DNA of 64,000 bases from positions 22,940,001 to 23,004,000 of the forward strand of contig OZ116709.1 of NCBI GenBank assembly GCA_964199315.1, written 5' to 3'. Source of the DNA: Orbicella franksi (Eukaryota). Both the position numbers and the translations under genes were made by a program. Shown here one piece after another: positions 11,088 through 24,200 of this stretch (position 1 is its first letter; each line of letters starts with the position of its first letter). The notes below the pieces were generated by a model. That model saw nothing but the letters and a program-made list of their open reading frames with translations, had not been told where the DNA came from and did no database searches.

Positions 11088-14000
11088 CAACAACAATGAT
11101 AATGATAATGATAATGACAATGATAATAAAATAACAAAAATAAACAAAAAAATAAAAAATAAAAAACAGCACTAATTTTATTTTTCATGAGCAAGGCATG
11201 TGTGACAATGTTCTGTTAAACAATTAGATTATGAGCTCCAGATTTCTATCGTGTGATAGCTGATGAGGGCACAGCCTGAGTCAACTATCATGTATAGAAA
11301 TTGAGAATGAATAATCTACATCAGTCATCTAATTGTTTTTAGTATAAATCAACTAGTTGCTCAAAACTTTATCTAAATCCTCTTCACAGGCACTTCAAAA
11401 ATGAAAATGTCCTTCTTTTAGATTATGAGCTTGAGATTTCTTTGAGGTGATAGAAATAATTTAATTGTTTTAGTAGAATTCTAACTACAATTTATTTCAA
11501 ATAACAGTTTCCAGTTTTTTCTTGACATATTATTAAAATTTGTGCCTTAGAAAGATTGCTTGGATTGAATTGTCATTTGAACTTGCAGTTGTGTGCACGT
11601 GCACATCATTTTTTCAGTAATTCCAAGTTTTTAAAGTCTCGAAACTGTAAATGTCCTTCTTTTAGTCATTTCAGGAACTTTATTTAGCCATTTGCATCAA
11701 AACATTCCTCCAAAAACTTTGGGAAAATGAAAAAAACGTTGCTCTTTTGAAGACGACCTCCAGCCACTGCACACTATAATTGGCTGATAGTGTGCAATGG
11801 CTCATCCAACCAGACTGCAGCATTTGCATTAGTGTTCAGGTGAAATTCTACTAACAGCATTTAGAATGTAGCGACTGTCTACCCACTAATAGATCTGAGA
11901 GTGCATTATTATTTTTATAGATGCATGGCTGGAAATTGTAGAGCATGTACAATGTAAGTACCACACAATGTGTTTCCAGTGCAATCACAGCCCTTTCTAA
12001 GATGTAAATATTTTTGCTTTTCTGTGCTTTATTCCAAAACAAATAGAAGATGGTGTTGCCACGTTTTCTAAGAATTAATGCACTTTCTGCTGAATGCAAT
12101 TGCAGAGTACATTGTGTTTGTGCGCTCACTATCAGTTTTTCTAGACCTCAAGTGTGCGTCATTGACTTTTAAAAAATAACTGACGTTAAAAAACTGACTC
12201 TGATTGGTCCAGGTAGGTTCCAACTTTGAGCCAATAGAAACTGCTAGTCGATCTAAGGACAATACTGATACTGATTGACTACATTTGTTCACAAACAAGT
12301 GGTTTCATCTAAATTAGTTACATGTAGAAACTTGACTTAGTTTGTTCAGTACATTACTTACTTTCCAGCGGTTTCCACACTCTAAACAAAGTACAAAAGT
12401 GGTCATTGGTTCATCGGCACTTCGTGTTTGTAGCTGTGTGTAGGTGGTTCGCCGCTTGCCACATTTCCCGCATTTAAAAAGCGCTGTTTCTGTGCCTTGG
12501 TTTTTAGCCACTTGAGCGTCTCGAATTCCTTCCTTGGCACATTCCTGTCGAAACTGTTTCATTTCTTCACTTGCCATTTCCTGAGAAAAGAGAAATAACA
12601 GTGTGCTGATTAACAAAATTCATCAGCAAAATAGTCGAGTGTCTGGATGGCTTTTATCCACAGGCTTTACAGCTAGAACCACCTTCAACAGCATAATAAA
12701 CAGTGCTACAAGTATATGAAAGTACTGCTCAATAGCTTTCGTTTGTCAAGTCACACACTGACTTTTAGCCACAGACTTGAAAGATTAGAACTACCAGGGC
12801 TTGAAATTGCGACTCAAGGTCACCAAGGCAAACAAAATTTGAGTATCAGCCTTAAGCTTAGTGCTGAAAATTGCATACACGTGAAACTAGATGAGTAAGA
12901 AGAGGAAACACGAAAAACGTAACTGGAGCTGCTATCATATTGACTATAATTTTGTATGTTGTTTTACTGTGTTCTTCCTTTAAATTTTTACTATCCTATA
13001 TATAGAGCTTCTCTGTGTGTGAACTTAAAATATGTCAAAGATTGTGTACATCAGGAAAATACTAAGAAAAAAAAAAAAACAACCAGGGTAAAAAAACAAA
13101 TGGTGAACAAAAATTACAATCTGGCAACCAAACTTTTGGGCTAAGTTGCAGTTGGCTCCTTATAAAAATACTTAATTTCAAACCCTGACCACCTGTAGGT
13201 AAACAGTATCACATGAAAGTACTGCCGCATAGCTTTTATTTTAATGGTCAAACACTAGGGTTTCATCAACAGACTTAAGAGTGCAAATTATGTTGGACAC
13301 TTATTTAAATTTAAGTTACTGTCTTTGAAAAGCCTCTTAGGGGAAAGTCAAGAAAGTATGTATGTATGTACGAAACAGAGCCAAAGGAAAGTGCTACCTA
13401 TTAGAATAGTCCCTCACTTGGGTAAAGTGACAAAGTTATTTTTATGATTTGAACCATTACTTTTAAAAGAAATTTTAAAATACATCTATTTAGAGCCTTA
13501 CCTCCGTAGGCATTGTTGCAAATCTTTCAGGAGAGATCTCTCCAGAGAGAACTTTCACTTTAAGCAATGGATTCTTGGCATCACGAAGGTTACTAACACG
13601 ACTCCGGACACGCTGCTTGTACTTCATATTTGTGTCTTTAAACTGTTGGAATATGCCTTGACACAGAAATCAAGGAAACAAACAGCAGTGTGGAGAGCAC
13701 ATACAAGTTATTTCAAGGTGCATTGCTGAAATAGTGGGGATAAATTATCTATTAACAAACTGGTTTGTAAAATTTCACACCAAAACCTACCAGTATTTTA
13801 AATCAAAACATACACAGTACACAAGTACATTTGTTTCGGTGAAAGCTACTAAAAAGTCAACATCAAGATGGTGATGGTAAGCTTCTGAATAGAATCAGCT
13901 CCCAATATTTCTGGCAGACAGGAAAAAAATTCATGTTGTGCTTTTATATTGAAAATAAAAAAATATATATATATTTTACAAAGGATACATTCTTCACATG

Positions 14001-17000
14001 CTGCAGCAAAGTCTTCAGGAGTAATGGCTAGAATAAGAAAACATGGATATAAGACAAATCTAGCAACTATCAACAAGTGTGTGGTTTGACAACAGGCTAG
14101 TACTGGTAGTTTGTTCAAACAAAAATGAAGATATGACGACATTAGCAAGTGTCATGAACACCGTACATAATAAATTGTCTTTGTTGCCTTCATGTGAACA
14201 TCTACATTGTGTTTTTAAAAATAGAAATCGTTACACTGGCTGTGCATGTCTAGTTTCACAAAGATCTGACAACTGTATTTCACAAGTGCCGTATTGTACA
14301 CTGTTCAAGATTAAATGTTATCTTACCTGCAAGCAAACCAGTCTCAAAAAATGTATTTTTATTTAAAAAAGGAGTTAATAAGGAGTTAACAAGAGCCCAG
14401 TTCTCTACTGGTACTGCTATGTATTCTGTTTTAAGCTGTCCTCAAATTCATTGGACTGACTTGTTCAATGTAATGTAATTTGGAATTTGTATTAAAGATT
14501 AAAGATTAAAGATGTCAAGGTCATTTTGAGAAAGCACTGTCTGGCTATTTTGTTTTTTCAGAAAATATTTCTAAGCAAACTTTTATCCTGTCACCTACAG
14601 CTTTGCTGCAGTACATTCACTACACGACAGAAAACAAAAATTACTACAGAAAAGATCAAAGTTAGGTCACCTACTTGGTTCAAATTCACCCTCTATCTTG
14701 AGAGAATTCACAATCATCTCCCGACACCTCCCACGTACTGAGTCACCTGTAACCTTTGGGGCTGGGAATATGACAACTTTGTTATCCTTGGGGGTACTTG
14801 GTGCAGACGATGACTTTGTGCTTTGTGCTGGGGAGCTGCTTCGACTGGATTTTTCACTGTTTGGTGTCTTTCTGTCTCCATTGGTTTCTTCACTCTTCCC
14901 TCCAGATTTCTCTGTTTCATGACAGAAACAAATGTACTCTAAGGTTTAACTTCAACTTGCCTAGTTGTTTTTATAGTCTAGGGCTTTATTAAGGGCCAGG
15001 CACTGGGCAAATTGATCGGCTCTGAGGATGATTTCGTCTGCCTGATTTGGCTATCTACTGGAAAGTTTTTCTTAAAAAGAAGTTCAGTTCAAATAGTTTT
15101 GCCTAGCTGTGAAAACCAGTTGGCACCCTGCCGACAACGTTAGTGAAACCTAGGTGTAGTAAGTCAGCAAATTAAATACATTTGAACCATGAACACTTGA
15201 CATATTTCGCACATTTTTTATGATTATCTAACGATAGCAAGTGCCTCACAAAAAAACAAAAGGATTACAGTCAAACTCACAAAACCATAAACAGATAAAA
15301 TATGTCTGGAATGTTCATTGTGTTATAACCAATCATGAACAAGATCTTAAACCACAGAAACCACAGAAACAGATGAGTTTCCACTGGTGATGAAACAAAT
15401 TTGTTTTGTTTCAAAAGGCCTCAAAATAAATCCTCTATTTAGGTTATGCAAGAAATTAGATAATGGCTTTCGCAGGCTATTTACAGTGTAAACACTAGCA
15501 AAGCGGGTTTGGGATATTTTTAACGTAAAAAAACCTGTTTTTACAAACCAATGTGCCAGGCTGACACAACTGGCAGCTGTTGAATCACTCAAGCGCGAAT
15601 GATCCAAATCAGTGCTTTCGTTATTTTGATAACAAAAAAAGTGACAAGTGATATTGATGAAAATGGAAGTCTTCCATTATATTTTGTAATATGTGAATCA
15701 AGTGCAAATTTATTTGGAAAGGGACAGTGGAAAATTGAGGTGTTTATTGCTTGCCACAACTAGTTCCAAAATTATTGTCGTCAATCTTTCCAGGGTGTTT
15801 AGATCACCAAATCACCGGGCCTAAGGGATTGTAATTATTTGCTAAATTAAACTGAGTCGCTAGTTTAACCGAAGATGATACCAAGGTTAGCAAAAACACC
15901 AAAATTTTTAATTTTTATTCATCCTTATTTATACATGTAGCTGTGTCAAATTAACCGTTGCTTTACTTGAGTAACCATGCGCATCGCGGGATTCTTGTTT
16001 TCCAAAAATATATCCCTCAAACTAAGTACTGGATGTGGTGCTCAATGCAAAAGGATAGTAATTATTTAGACTTTCAGTAATATATAAAGACAGAGGATGT
16101 ATCTTGGGACAAAACGAAAACCAAAACTATATTTATAGTTCTGTGACTGATGCAATTCATCTGTTTTCTGAAGACATTGGCCAGCACTTGAAACAGATGC
16201 AGGATTTGAAAAAAATAGGCATCCAAAATGTGCTATAGTGTCTGCTCAAATGAACAATTTATAAGGCAACACATGAAAAATAATAAAAAAAAAATTAACA
16301 TGGGCATCCACAGGATGCCTGGACAAAAATATGGCTAAAGGCCTGACCGGAGACTGTCCAGTGCACTAACCAACAGGTCACTGTAATCCCCACACACTGT
16401 ATAATTGTAATATTGAATAATTATTACATTGGGATACAACGACAAGTGGTATATGAAAATATCCCAAAAAAGAATATTGAATGTGACAATCTTGACCTCC
16501 CACTGGGGCATTCTCCCTAGTTTCCACGACACAAGGTAATAGCGGAGCTCCTGTGCACCGAAGGCACGCAAGTGGAGCCCCATACTTTAGAAAATTTGGT
16601 AACCCATCGATCTGAAAAATTTTGGTTGTCACATGACTGTCCGTACGCTAATACCTTGAAAACTAAGAGAGTAGCACCATTACCATAGCAACATCTTTGC
16701 TTTTGGGTGTCCACGCTATTGTTAATTGACAGCTGTCACAACAAGCTATCCGCTGACCAGTATCACATGACTATATCGCGGGCTCAGGTTTAGAGCTCAT
16801 CAAGGCTGAGTGTTTTTTAAAGTTGACTGCTGACCAGTTACTGGTTTACCGATTGGATCGTGGGCTCAAGTCATATTATTTCTCTGGGGGAGAAACAAGG
16901 AGTACTCGCAAAGGCAAAATTTCGCCGCAAATTAACCCCTGGCGCATTGTTGACTTTTCTTTTGACATATTCTTGTACAATCGTCTCTTGGAAAGTCCCT

Positions 17001-19201
17001 GATATATTGCGTACGTAATTTCTCCAATCTTGGTTAGGATTGTTGGGTATAGTTTGTTAACATTTAACTGGAAAAAATAGCAAAACCACACGCTGAACAA
17101 TTACATGCTCACAAATGATCATTTTTTGAGTTTCTGATCCAAGAAAAAATAATTCTCTCTTTCCGTTATCGTCAGTTATTGCAATCAGGAGCTCCGCTTT
17201 TAGGCTTGGCTAAATCTATATATTAAAGATTTTCACGAAAGTAGAGCAAGAAAGCATCTCCACCTTGCTAAGTCAGCAATCAAAGAAATCTTCAAGTTGT
17301 AAAAAGCTTCACTTGTTATTTTAGACAAACAAGTCCTTTCTGATCAGGGTTGTCATTAAGTTTTGAGTCGCATGTAGCCTTATTCTCAACACTAGTAAAA
17401 CACTTGTTACTTGGTGGGTGAATTCTATCAACAGGTAATTTCACCTGTTGCATCAAGGGCCCAAGCATACTCAGCCAGAACAAGCATTATGGGTTATGGC
17501 CCTTGATGACAGCCCTAGTGATGGTGTTCAACAGGGCAAGTAAGTTTTTTAAATTTTCTCTTACAGAGCAGCCTGTTAAGTTAAGATAATTATTTTCACT
17601 TGAAAAATATACTCATCTTACCAGGTAAGAGTTTCTTCCAGGATTTTATGAGTGACTTGGCTTGGGTTTGCAGGTCTGAATTTTCACTTTTCTTTCTCAG
17701 AGTGTTGACAGACATACCTATTCTTGTTTTCTGCAGTACTTCCAGAGTAATGGGAAGATCTTTAAGCATTTTTAAAAGATCCACTGCACTGTCAGAATCC
17801 ATCTGGAGAGATCAACACAATGGAGACAACAAAAATGTGAAACCTGTTCCTAGAGTATAGGTTCCTTATCAGTGCCATTCTTACTCATCTGCATAGGATG
17901 CCAGAAACATGAAAAAAAAAATTATTTCAGTTTTGCGAATGTTTTGTGCCTCAACAGAACTCAAGACCAACTTTTAACCATACTAACCCAGTGACAAATG
18001 ACAACTTTTTTTCACTAACCAAGAAAATATTTTTACCGTACCAACCAGAATGGTCAAAAGTTCAACAAATGCTGATACAAGATTCAAAAAGTTTGGTTTT
18101 TCAGAAACATACCTGAACACTCTGCCAATTTGGTATCATCAACAAACGTCATTTACATGCTTGAAAATTGAAGAGATAATAGCAGTTTGACCGAGTAACA
18201 CAAATCAGTGCTAATAAATGAAAACTCAAAAGAAAAAAAAAAAAAAAAAGCTCAACATATGACTTCTCATTGTTCTTTCATTTACACAGTGATCAAGTTG
18301 TACTTTCTCCTAAGAAATAAACACATTCTCAGGAAAGAAGAATACAAAGTACAATGTACAAATAAACATCTGATTAATAAACCTGGTTGCCACAGGCCTC
18401 ACTTTTCAAAAATTCACTGACTTTTTCCTGACTTTTCCGTGATAAAAATAAATACAAAATGTCAGATCTAGTGGTGGCTTCTGGCCTCAGCTTACAGATG
18501 TCCTTTTTTCCCATTCACGAAGACTCGTAAGTTTTCAAAAAAATTTTCCTTCTTCATTGAGGAAAAATATCAATGAGATCACAGTGACCCCAAATGTTTC
18601 TTCCAGCCCTCAATGACGTTACATTAGCCATGTTAAATTATTTCAATTTTCCCTGACTTTTCTTCAAAATGTCAATTTAACTCGAAGTAAAATTCCCTGA
18701 CTTTCCCCTGACCTTGAAGAATGTTTTACCCCTAAGCATTTTCTCACCTGTGGCAACCCTGGAGTTAATTTCAAAAGAAATTCAGGGCAATCAGTGAGCC
18801 AGGTAAGCTTAATAGCTAACATTAACTTGGAAATAAACGCTTCATTTCGTTTTAGCGTTTTGCGTGCAAAGAAATCGAAGGTCAGTATATACTCAGCTGG
18901 AAGATCCATATGTTTACCTTCTGGAGAAAAGTTATTATATTTGTACAAACTCACACTGAAACATATATACTCTTGGAGTAAACTACCTCGGGAACTTTCT
19001 TGTAACAGTTTTGCGGGAAATACATAAGTTCAAGTGCATGTACGGAGCTAGTGAATGGGCCTTTTGTAATGTTTATTCCGGTGATACCGGCCGGCAAATT
19101 GAATGACACTCGACAACAAATGCTCGACTCACCGCTCCTTCTTGGCCGACTATCTTTTCCAGCTGCTTGCCAATCTTGAAAACTTCTTCCTCGAGATTCA
19201 T
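10793..19201 (-). CDS. TCEA1: Transcription elongation factor TFIIS (TCEA), ~302 aa
   Basis: Exons (minus) 19201-19133, 17802-17622, 14911-14675 (or alternative donor 14690), 14027-13989, 13656-13502, 12580-12362 and 10801-10793. Domain [10 protein letters not shown]; domain [21 protein letters not shown]; zinc ribbon CGKC...[25 protein letters not shown]|FC-stop with the catalytic DE. Confidence 0.97.
11026..11130 (+). repeat. Compound trinucleotide microsatellite (AAT)n/(AAC)n/(GAT)n preceded by a C12 run
   Basis: Seen directly in the last TFIIS intron; it accounts for the poly-Ile/poly-Tyr ORFs in the track. Confidence 0.95.
13657..13988 (-). other. U12-type (minor spliceosome) GT-AG intron in TFIIS
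   Basis: 5' splice site GTATCCTTT; branch site TTCCTTGAT with the branch A ~14 nt upstream of an AAG 3' splice site; no long polypyrimidine tract; the reading frame across it (ACEE|CIFQQF) is intact. Confidence 0.92.
18382..18761. mobile_element. Non-autonomous TIR element (CAGGGTTGCCAC termini, hAT-like) in TFIIS intron 1
   Basis: cctggttgccacagg ... cctgtggcaaccctg (2 mismatches); internal ccctgacttt repeats; no TSD recognised. Confidence 0.6.
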
Positions 19202-19401
19202 TGTGCTTAAAATACCGAAAGATTACGCAAAAAACAAGGAAGCACAAACACCAATTCACATGGCACTAAAGCGATTCGCGCCGCATCATGGCCGACTGGC
19301 AATGTCGCGAGTCCACGATATATTGGCAGCGGCATTTTACGCCTCAGTACCAGTCTTCACGTGTGGTTGCGCGGTGGAGACACTTTGCTCGATCTCCCAC
19401 G
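19202..19401. promoter_or_regulatory. Putative bidirectional promoter / divergent first exon between TFIIS (-) and a + strand transcript
   Basis: CpG-rich stretch directly upstream of the TFIIS ATG; + strand donor CACG|GTACGT at 19401/19402 and strong acceptor ttttattttcttttcgtttgcttgcag at 19951. Confidence 0.45.
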
Positions 19402-19729
19402 GTACGTACTAGGCTCGCTTTGACGCGAAGGACTAGCATCGATCACATTCAGAGAGAGTACAAATACTTCTTGTCACTTCATGCTGCAGAAACTGAGGTA
19501 AGGTCCAGCTGTGGACCTTTTTTCACCAGTCTTCAAATATATCTGTTCACGGTATTGCCGGGGTTTTCTTTCAAGTTTTTGTTGATATATTTTTTTGAAA
19601 TTATTGGAGCATCATCATTCCAAGATTTCGCAAAAGTTAACTGAGAAGTAACATAAGAGGTATTAGTCGCTTATTTTATTTCTCCCTAGGGAAAATGAGA
19701 CAAGCGTAGCCTACGATCATACCCTTCCC

Positions 19730-19820
19730 TAGCCTGATTCTCAGACGTCCGTGGTCGTTCTCGGCCCCTTCGCTCACCGAAGGGGCCGCGAACGACCTCG
19801 GATGTCTGAGAATCAGGCTA
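19730..19820. mobile_element. 91-bp hairpin MITE with an 8-bp TSD-like flank (hAT-like)
   Basis: 43-bp arms (3 mismatches), 5-nt loop, TAG...CTA termini; flanks cccttccc / accttccc (7/8 identical). Confidence 0.75.
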
Positions 19821-20344
19821 ACCTTCCCCATGCGCGGAGCCCGTGACGTGACGCGGCTACTCATTTCAGCCGCACATCGCGAGACTCCTAGCAAATCAGA
19901 TCTAGCCTGGATGATTTCGCCTGCTTTTATTTTCTTTTCGTTTGCTTGCAGGCTAAACAGAGCTCTGACAGCTTACAGCTTTGTTTTTTCTCTTGAAAGC
20001 ATCTTCTTTGCACCGATAGATCAAGCCACAACACCACTCATGCACGACTCAGACAACTCACAGCCGTTGCGCCAAAGAGTCACTTGGTTGAGAGTAAAAG
20101 CTAGTTCTAAAAATAAATAAATACGGCGCTTTCTTAAAGCGGCTTTTTTCAAAATGTTGTTCCATCGCCGAGAAATGACCTGAACTATAGAGTGAAAACT
20201 TAAGATTAATCTGCCTACAACTGTTTATCATTCTTTTCTTTGTGAGAGAGCTCGCGAGTACGAACGATCCTCTTTGCATTCACCGTCGCTCAATTTCCTG
20301 CGGTGTTTAGCCTCGCTGATTATTATTTTTAGCTCTAGTAAGCT

Positions 20345-21264
20345 GAAGTATCAAGACCTTCTACGGAGGTCCTTGTTTAACCGTAAGTTCTTACAGTATT
20401 GATGAGATAGCAGGTGTACTAAGCTGCAACCTGACTCTCACTTCTCAAAGTCAAGGAAGACAAGAGCCTTTCGCCATTAGCAGGTTATTAATTTCCACAC
20501 AATCAAGTTAAAAGGGGTCTTTTCAGTCTTTTCAGTCTCGTGTAAAAGTTTGTCCCTCCCTCTTTTTGTCACACTGTCGAGCTTTGAGCAGTTGCCAAGG
20601 GAACGCGGCCAATTAACACATGCTGCTTCGCTCGCATTGGCTACATATATTATGCTTGGAGAGCGGATTTGTTTGCATGATCCAAGGCAAAGAAGATGTA
20701 AGCAAACGCGTGGAAACCTTTGTCCTGACATGCTGTGTTTATAAGTTTGGTCGACCGCAATTTAAAAAGAAGTATCAAGACCTTCTACGGAGGTCATTGT
20801 TTAACCGTAAGTTCTTACAGTATTGATGAGATAGCAGGTGTACTAAGCTGCAACCTGACATGAAATCCTTTTTCCTGTCTATATGCAGCTAGTACTGACA
20901 TCTTCTGCCAGGTGTCACTTGACTCACCTCTCACTTCTCAGAGTCAAGGAAGACAAGAGCCTTTCGCCATTAGCAGGTTATTAATTTCCACACAATCAAG
21001 TTAAAAGGGGTCTTTTCAGTCTTTTCAGTCTCGTGTAAAAGTTTGTCCCTCCCTCTTTTTGTCACACTGTCGAGCTTTGAGCAGTTGCCAAGGGAACGCG
21101 GCCAATTAACACATGCTGCTTCGCTCGCATTGGCTGCATATATTATGCTTGGAAAGCGGATTTGTTTGCATGATCCAAGGCAAAGAAGATGTAAGCAAAC
21201 GCGTGGAAACCTTTGTCCTGACATGCTGTGTTTATAAGTTTGGTCGACCGCAATTTAAAAAAAA
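20345..21264 (+). repeat. Near-identical tandem duplication (424 bp + 496 bp)
   Basis: Copy 1 20345-20768 and copy 2 20769-21264; only a few substitutions plus a 69-bp indel and an A-run length difference; ends 2 nt before the TIR-gene ATG. Confidence 0.95.
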
Positions 21265-21266
21265 GA

Positions 21267-24200
21267 ATGGACGAGGAGAAGACAGCCGGAGAATCGCCAG
21301 ACGTCGGCGATGAGGCCCTCGAAGCTGATGAGGTTAAAAGTAGTGCTAATGTTGACAATACGATTGTTCCAATATCCCATGACCCTACTACGAAAGACCA
21401 TACGCATTTGACAGAGAATAGAGACGGTGTAGATTGCGTTGAAGAAAACAACAACGATTCAGACGGCCAAGATGGCAGAAATGGAGGGAATGGGGATCAA
21501 ACAGACGACGATGCGCAACTCGAACGACTTCAAATCCCGAAATCGACATCAGATGGCAAAGAGTATAGTGGAGAAAGTAACTCCGATAACACGAGTACTT
21601 CGAATGAGGGATCCCAACCTACGTCCCCGACAAAGTCGGTCAGTCCGCGGAAAGCAAAGAAAAGGGCTATATTTGTATCGTATGCGCCAGAGGCGAGTTT
21701 TATTGAGAAGCGTTTCATCTCATACACCATCAAAGAGTTGAAAAACATCGGATTTTGCGACGATATTTGGTTCGATAAAGACGACGGATTACCCACAGAA
21801 AGTCCATTCTGTTTCCAGCAGAGATTGGAGATTGCTGAAAAGTGCCGCGCATCTATTATGTTTTTATCTGAGGCCTACTTCAACTCCAGAGTTTGTCACC
21901 ACGAGGGAAGAATTTTACTCGATCGGGACGAAGAACGCGCTATTGATCATGACAACGACGACGAAGTTGAAAAGCCTGTAAAATTGTTCTGTATGAAATA
22001 TAACCGCGGCAAGCTTCCTCAAGACTACAAGCAGCTGGAGGAGCGAGTTCTCGACCTGAGTCATCATGTTGCTTCTAGCGTCGCTGAACTTTCCTCGTTG
22101 GTCGTGGGCTCTTTTAGCGAAACTCTGGAGCGATATGCCCCCCTTTTCGGGCTACGCATTCCGTCTCCTCCAAGCGAACCAGACATTTTAAAACTAGACA
22201 GACAAAAGCCAGTGTCTTCGTGGAATATAACCGATGTGCAGGCTTGGCTGGCTTCGCTGAAAATGCAAGCACACTGCGCGCTCAGCTTCGAGGAGAACGA
22301 AATCGACGGCTACTTGTTGGTTTCCATGAATGAAACGGACATGGAAACCTATTTAAATGTTGACAGTCGAGTGGCGCGGCGGAAACTTGTACAGCAAGTT
22401 AGGAAAATTCAAGAAGATCAAGTACAATTCAAGGAAAACTGGTTTTTGAAGTGTAAAAAAGGCAAAGTCAAAGAAGATTCTGTCTACGTTATCTGTGATC
22501 CAAATGATGTCCGGTTTTATCATAACCTGCGAGCGGATTTAGTACAGAAGAACCTCCAGGTAAAAATATCAAATTTGAATTCTCAATTAGCGATTTAGCA
22601 GTCACGCTATTGTGTTATTTATTGACTAATTAACGTGTCAATGGATTTGTGTTGGAATAATTTAGGGTACAAATATAGTTTCCACTGCTCATTAGGGAGA
22701 TTGTTTTATTGTTTTCTATGAATTGAAAACAATTTGTACGTACTTTCCAATATCGCGTAAACCCGCATTAATATCACTCCTACGCACAACAAAGGTGCGA
22801 ATTTAAAATTAAGCCCATTTTTAAGACACAAACATAGAGAAATAGGCTGCTTTACTAGTATTTTAATTAAAAGTCTTCACTGTCTCAAGAACTTAAGCCT
22901 GTTTATCGAGACGATTTGACAGCCCTCCTCTATTGTGCGTTTGTTCGAAGACGCGCGTGATGTCACGCTCCACGCTCGTAAACTTAACGAGCGGACAGCC
23001 CTCGCACACAGTTCAAGGTTGGAAAGAGGGTCTGTGAAGCAGCAACTTTGATTATGTTCGAATTTTCGTAAGTAAAGTGTGATTGAGCATTGCCGAAATG
23101 CCTGTATAAGAGGTTTATTAATATTTCTTGCTGGAGGATCAACGGTAAAAAGGAACCGAACAAAGAACACAGGAAAACGGAAGAGAGTAAAATCGTTCGA
23201 GCAAGGAGAAGCGTAAAATGTACCTAACAAACAAACCTGTTATTGGATCATGCAATAGCTACGTTAGAACAAAATTTAGGAATTTATGTTTACATTTTAG
23301 CAATTTATAGGGTCGCGGAAATGGTAAAACTTGCCACTTTGTTAACGCCTCATGAAATTAACACAACGAAAAGTGACGCGATCTTTTAAAAACACGCGTT
23401 AATATCATGGAACGTTAATCTATGAAGAGGTATTTTAAAATGATAAAGAACCTCTCAGCTCTTCATTGGTAAGGCCAGTGAAATTTATGTGCAGAAAGTA
23501 ATAAAAAATTAAGGAAAAACTGGAAAACTGTGGTTTAATTTAAAAACAAAACAAAACAAAACAAAACAAAACAAAAAAACAAAAAACGAGAAATCCAGGT
23601 TTCTGCTGTGGCCGAGTTCACTGTGTTGCCGTATTTGGGCAAAACACTTTATCCTTACAGTGACCCTCTCCACCCCAGAGTATTGGTTGCTGACAAATTG
23701 TCGAAGCAACAGAATACAAATACTGGGAGGAGGTTAAAATGTTATGGAGTTAGCTCCCAACCAGGCAGAGAAGCAATATCCTATGTAAAGTTCTGATTTC
23801 TTTGTTCTAAAAGAAACTTTTTGTCGCGAAAAGCGACTGTACTACGCGAATGGGCATTTAAACATCTAAAACTGTGAAATGCAAACTGGCTTTTTCGTAT
23901 TTTTTCGCACAGGTGTTCAAGCACGAGCGACTCGGCCAATCTAGAGAAGAGTTCTTGCAGCTCAATTCTGCGCATCTGGCCGCGTGTAGTCACGTGATCA
24001 TCCTCCTCTCCACCGCTGCGGCCACGTCACTTTTTGTCTACAATGAAGTTCTTTTCGCTGATTGGTTAGGCAAACCTTTCGTGGTTGCCATGGCTGCAAA
24101 CTCGTGGGATAAACTTCGACCCAACATGCAAGCCATTCTAGGGAGCTGCCCCGCGGTGAATTTTGAGGGTAACTCCTATGAAGAGAGTATGGATATACTG

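Noticed and set aside
10835-11194. Poly-Tyr/poly-Ile ORFs in the track
   Set aside because: Translations of the (AAT)n compound microsatellite in a TFIIS intron.
14320-14340. Minus-strand ttgcttgcag|gtaagat, an acceptor abutting a donor (zero-length exon or microexon?)
   Set aside because: No frame-preserving microexon can be built, and the intron is only ~650 nt, unlike typical recursive-splicing introns. Probably a cryptic site.
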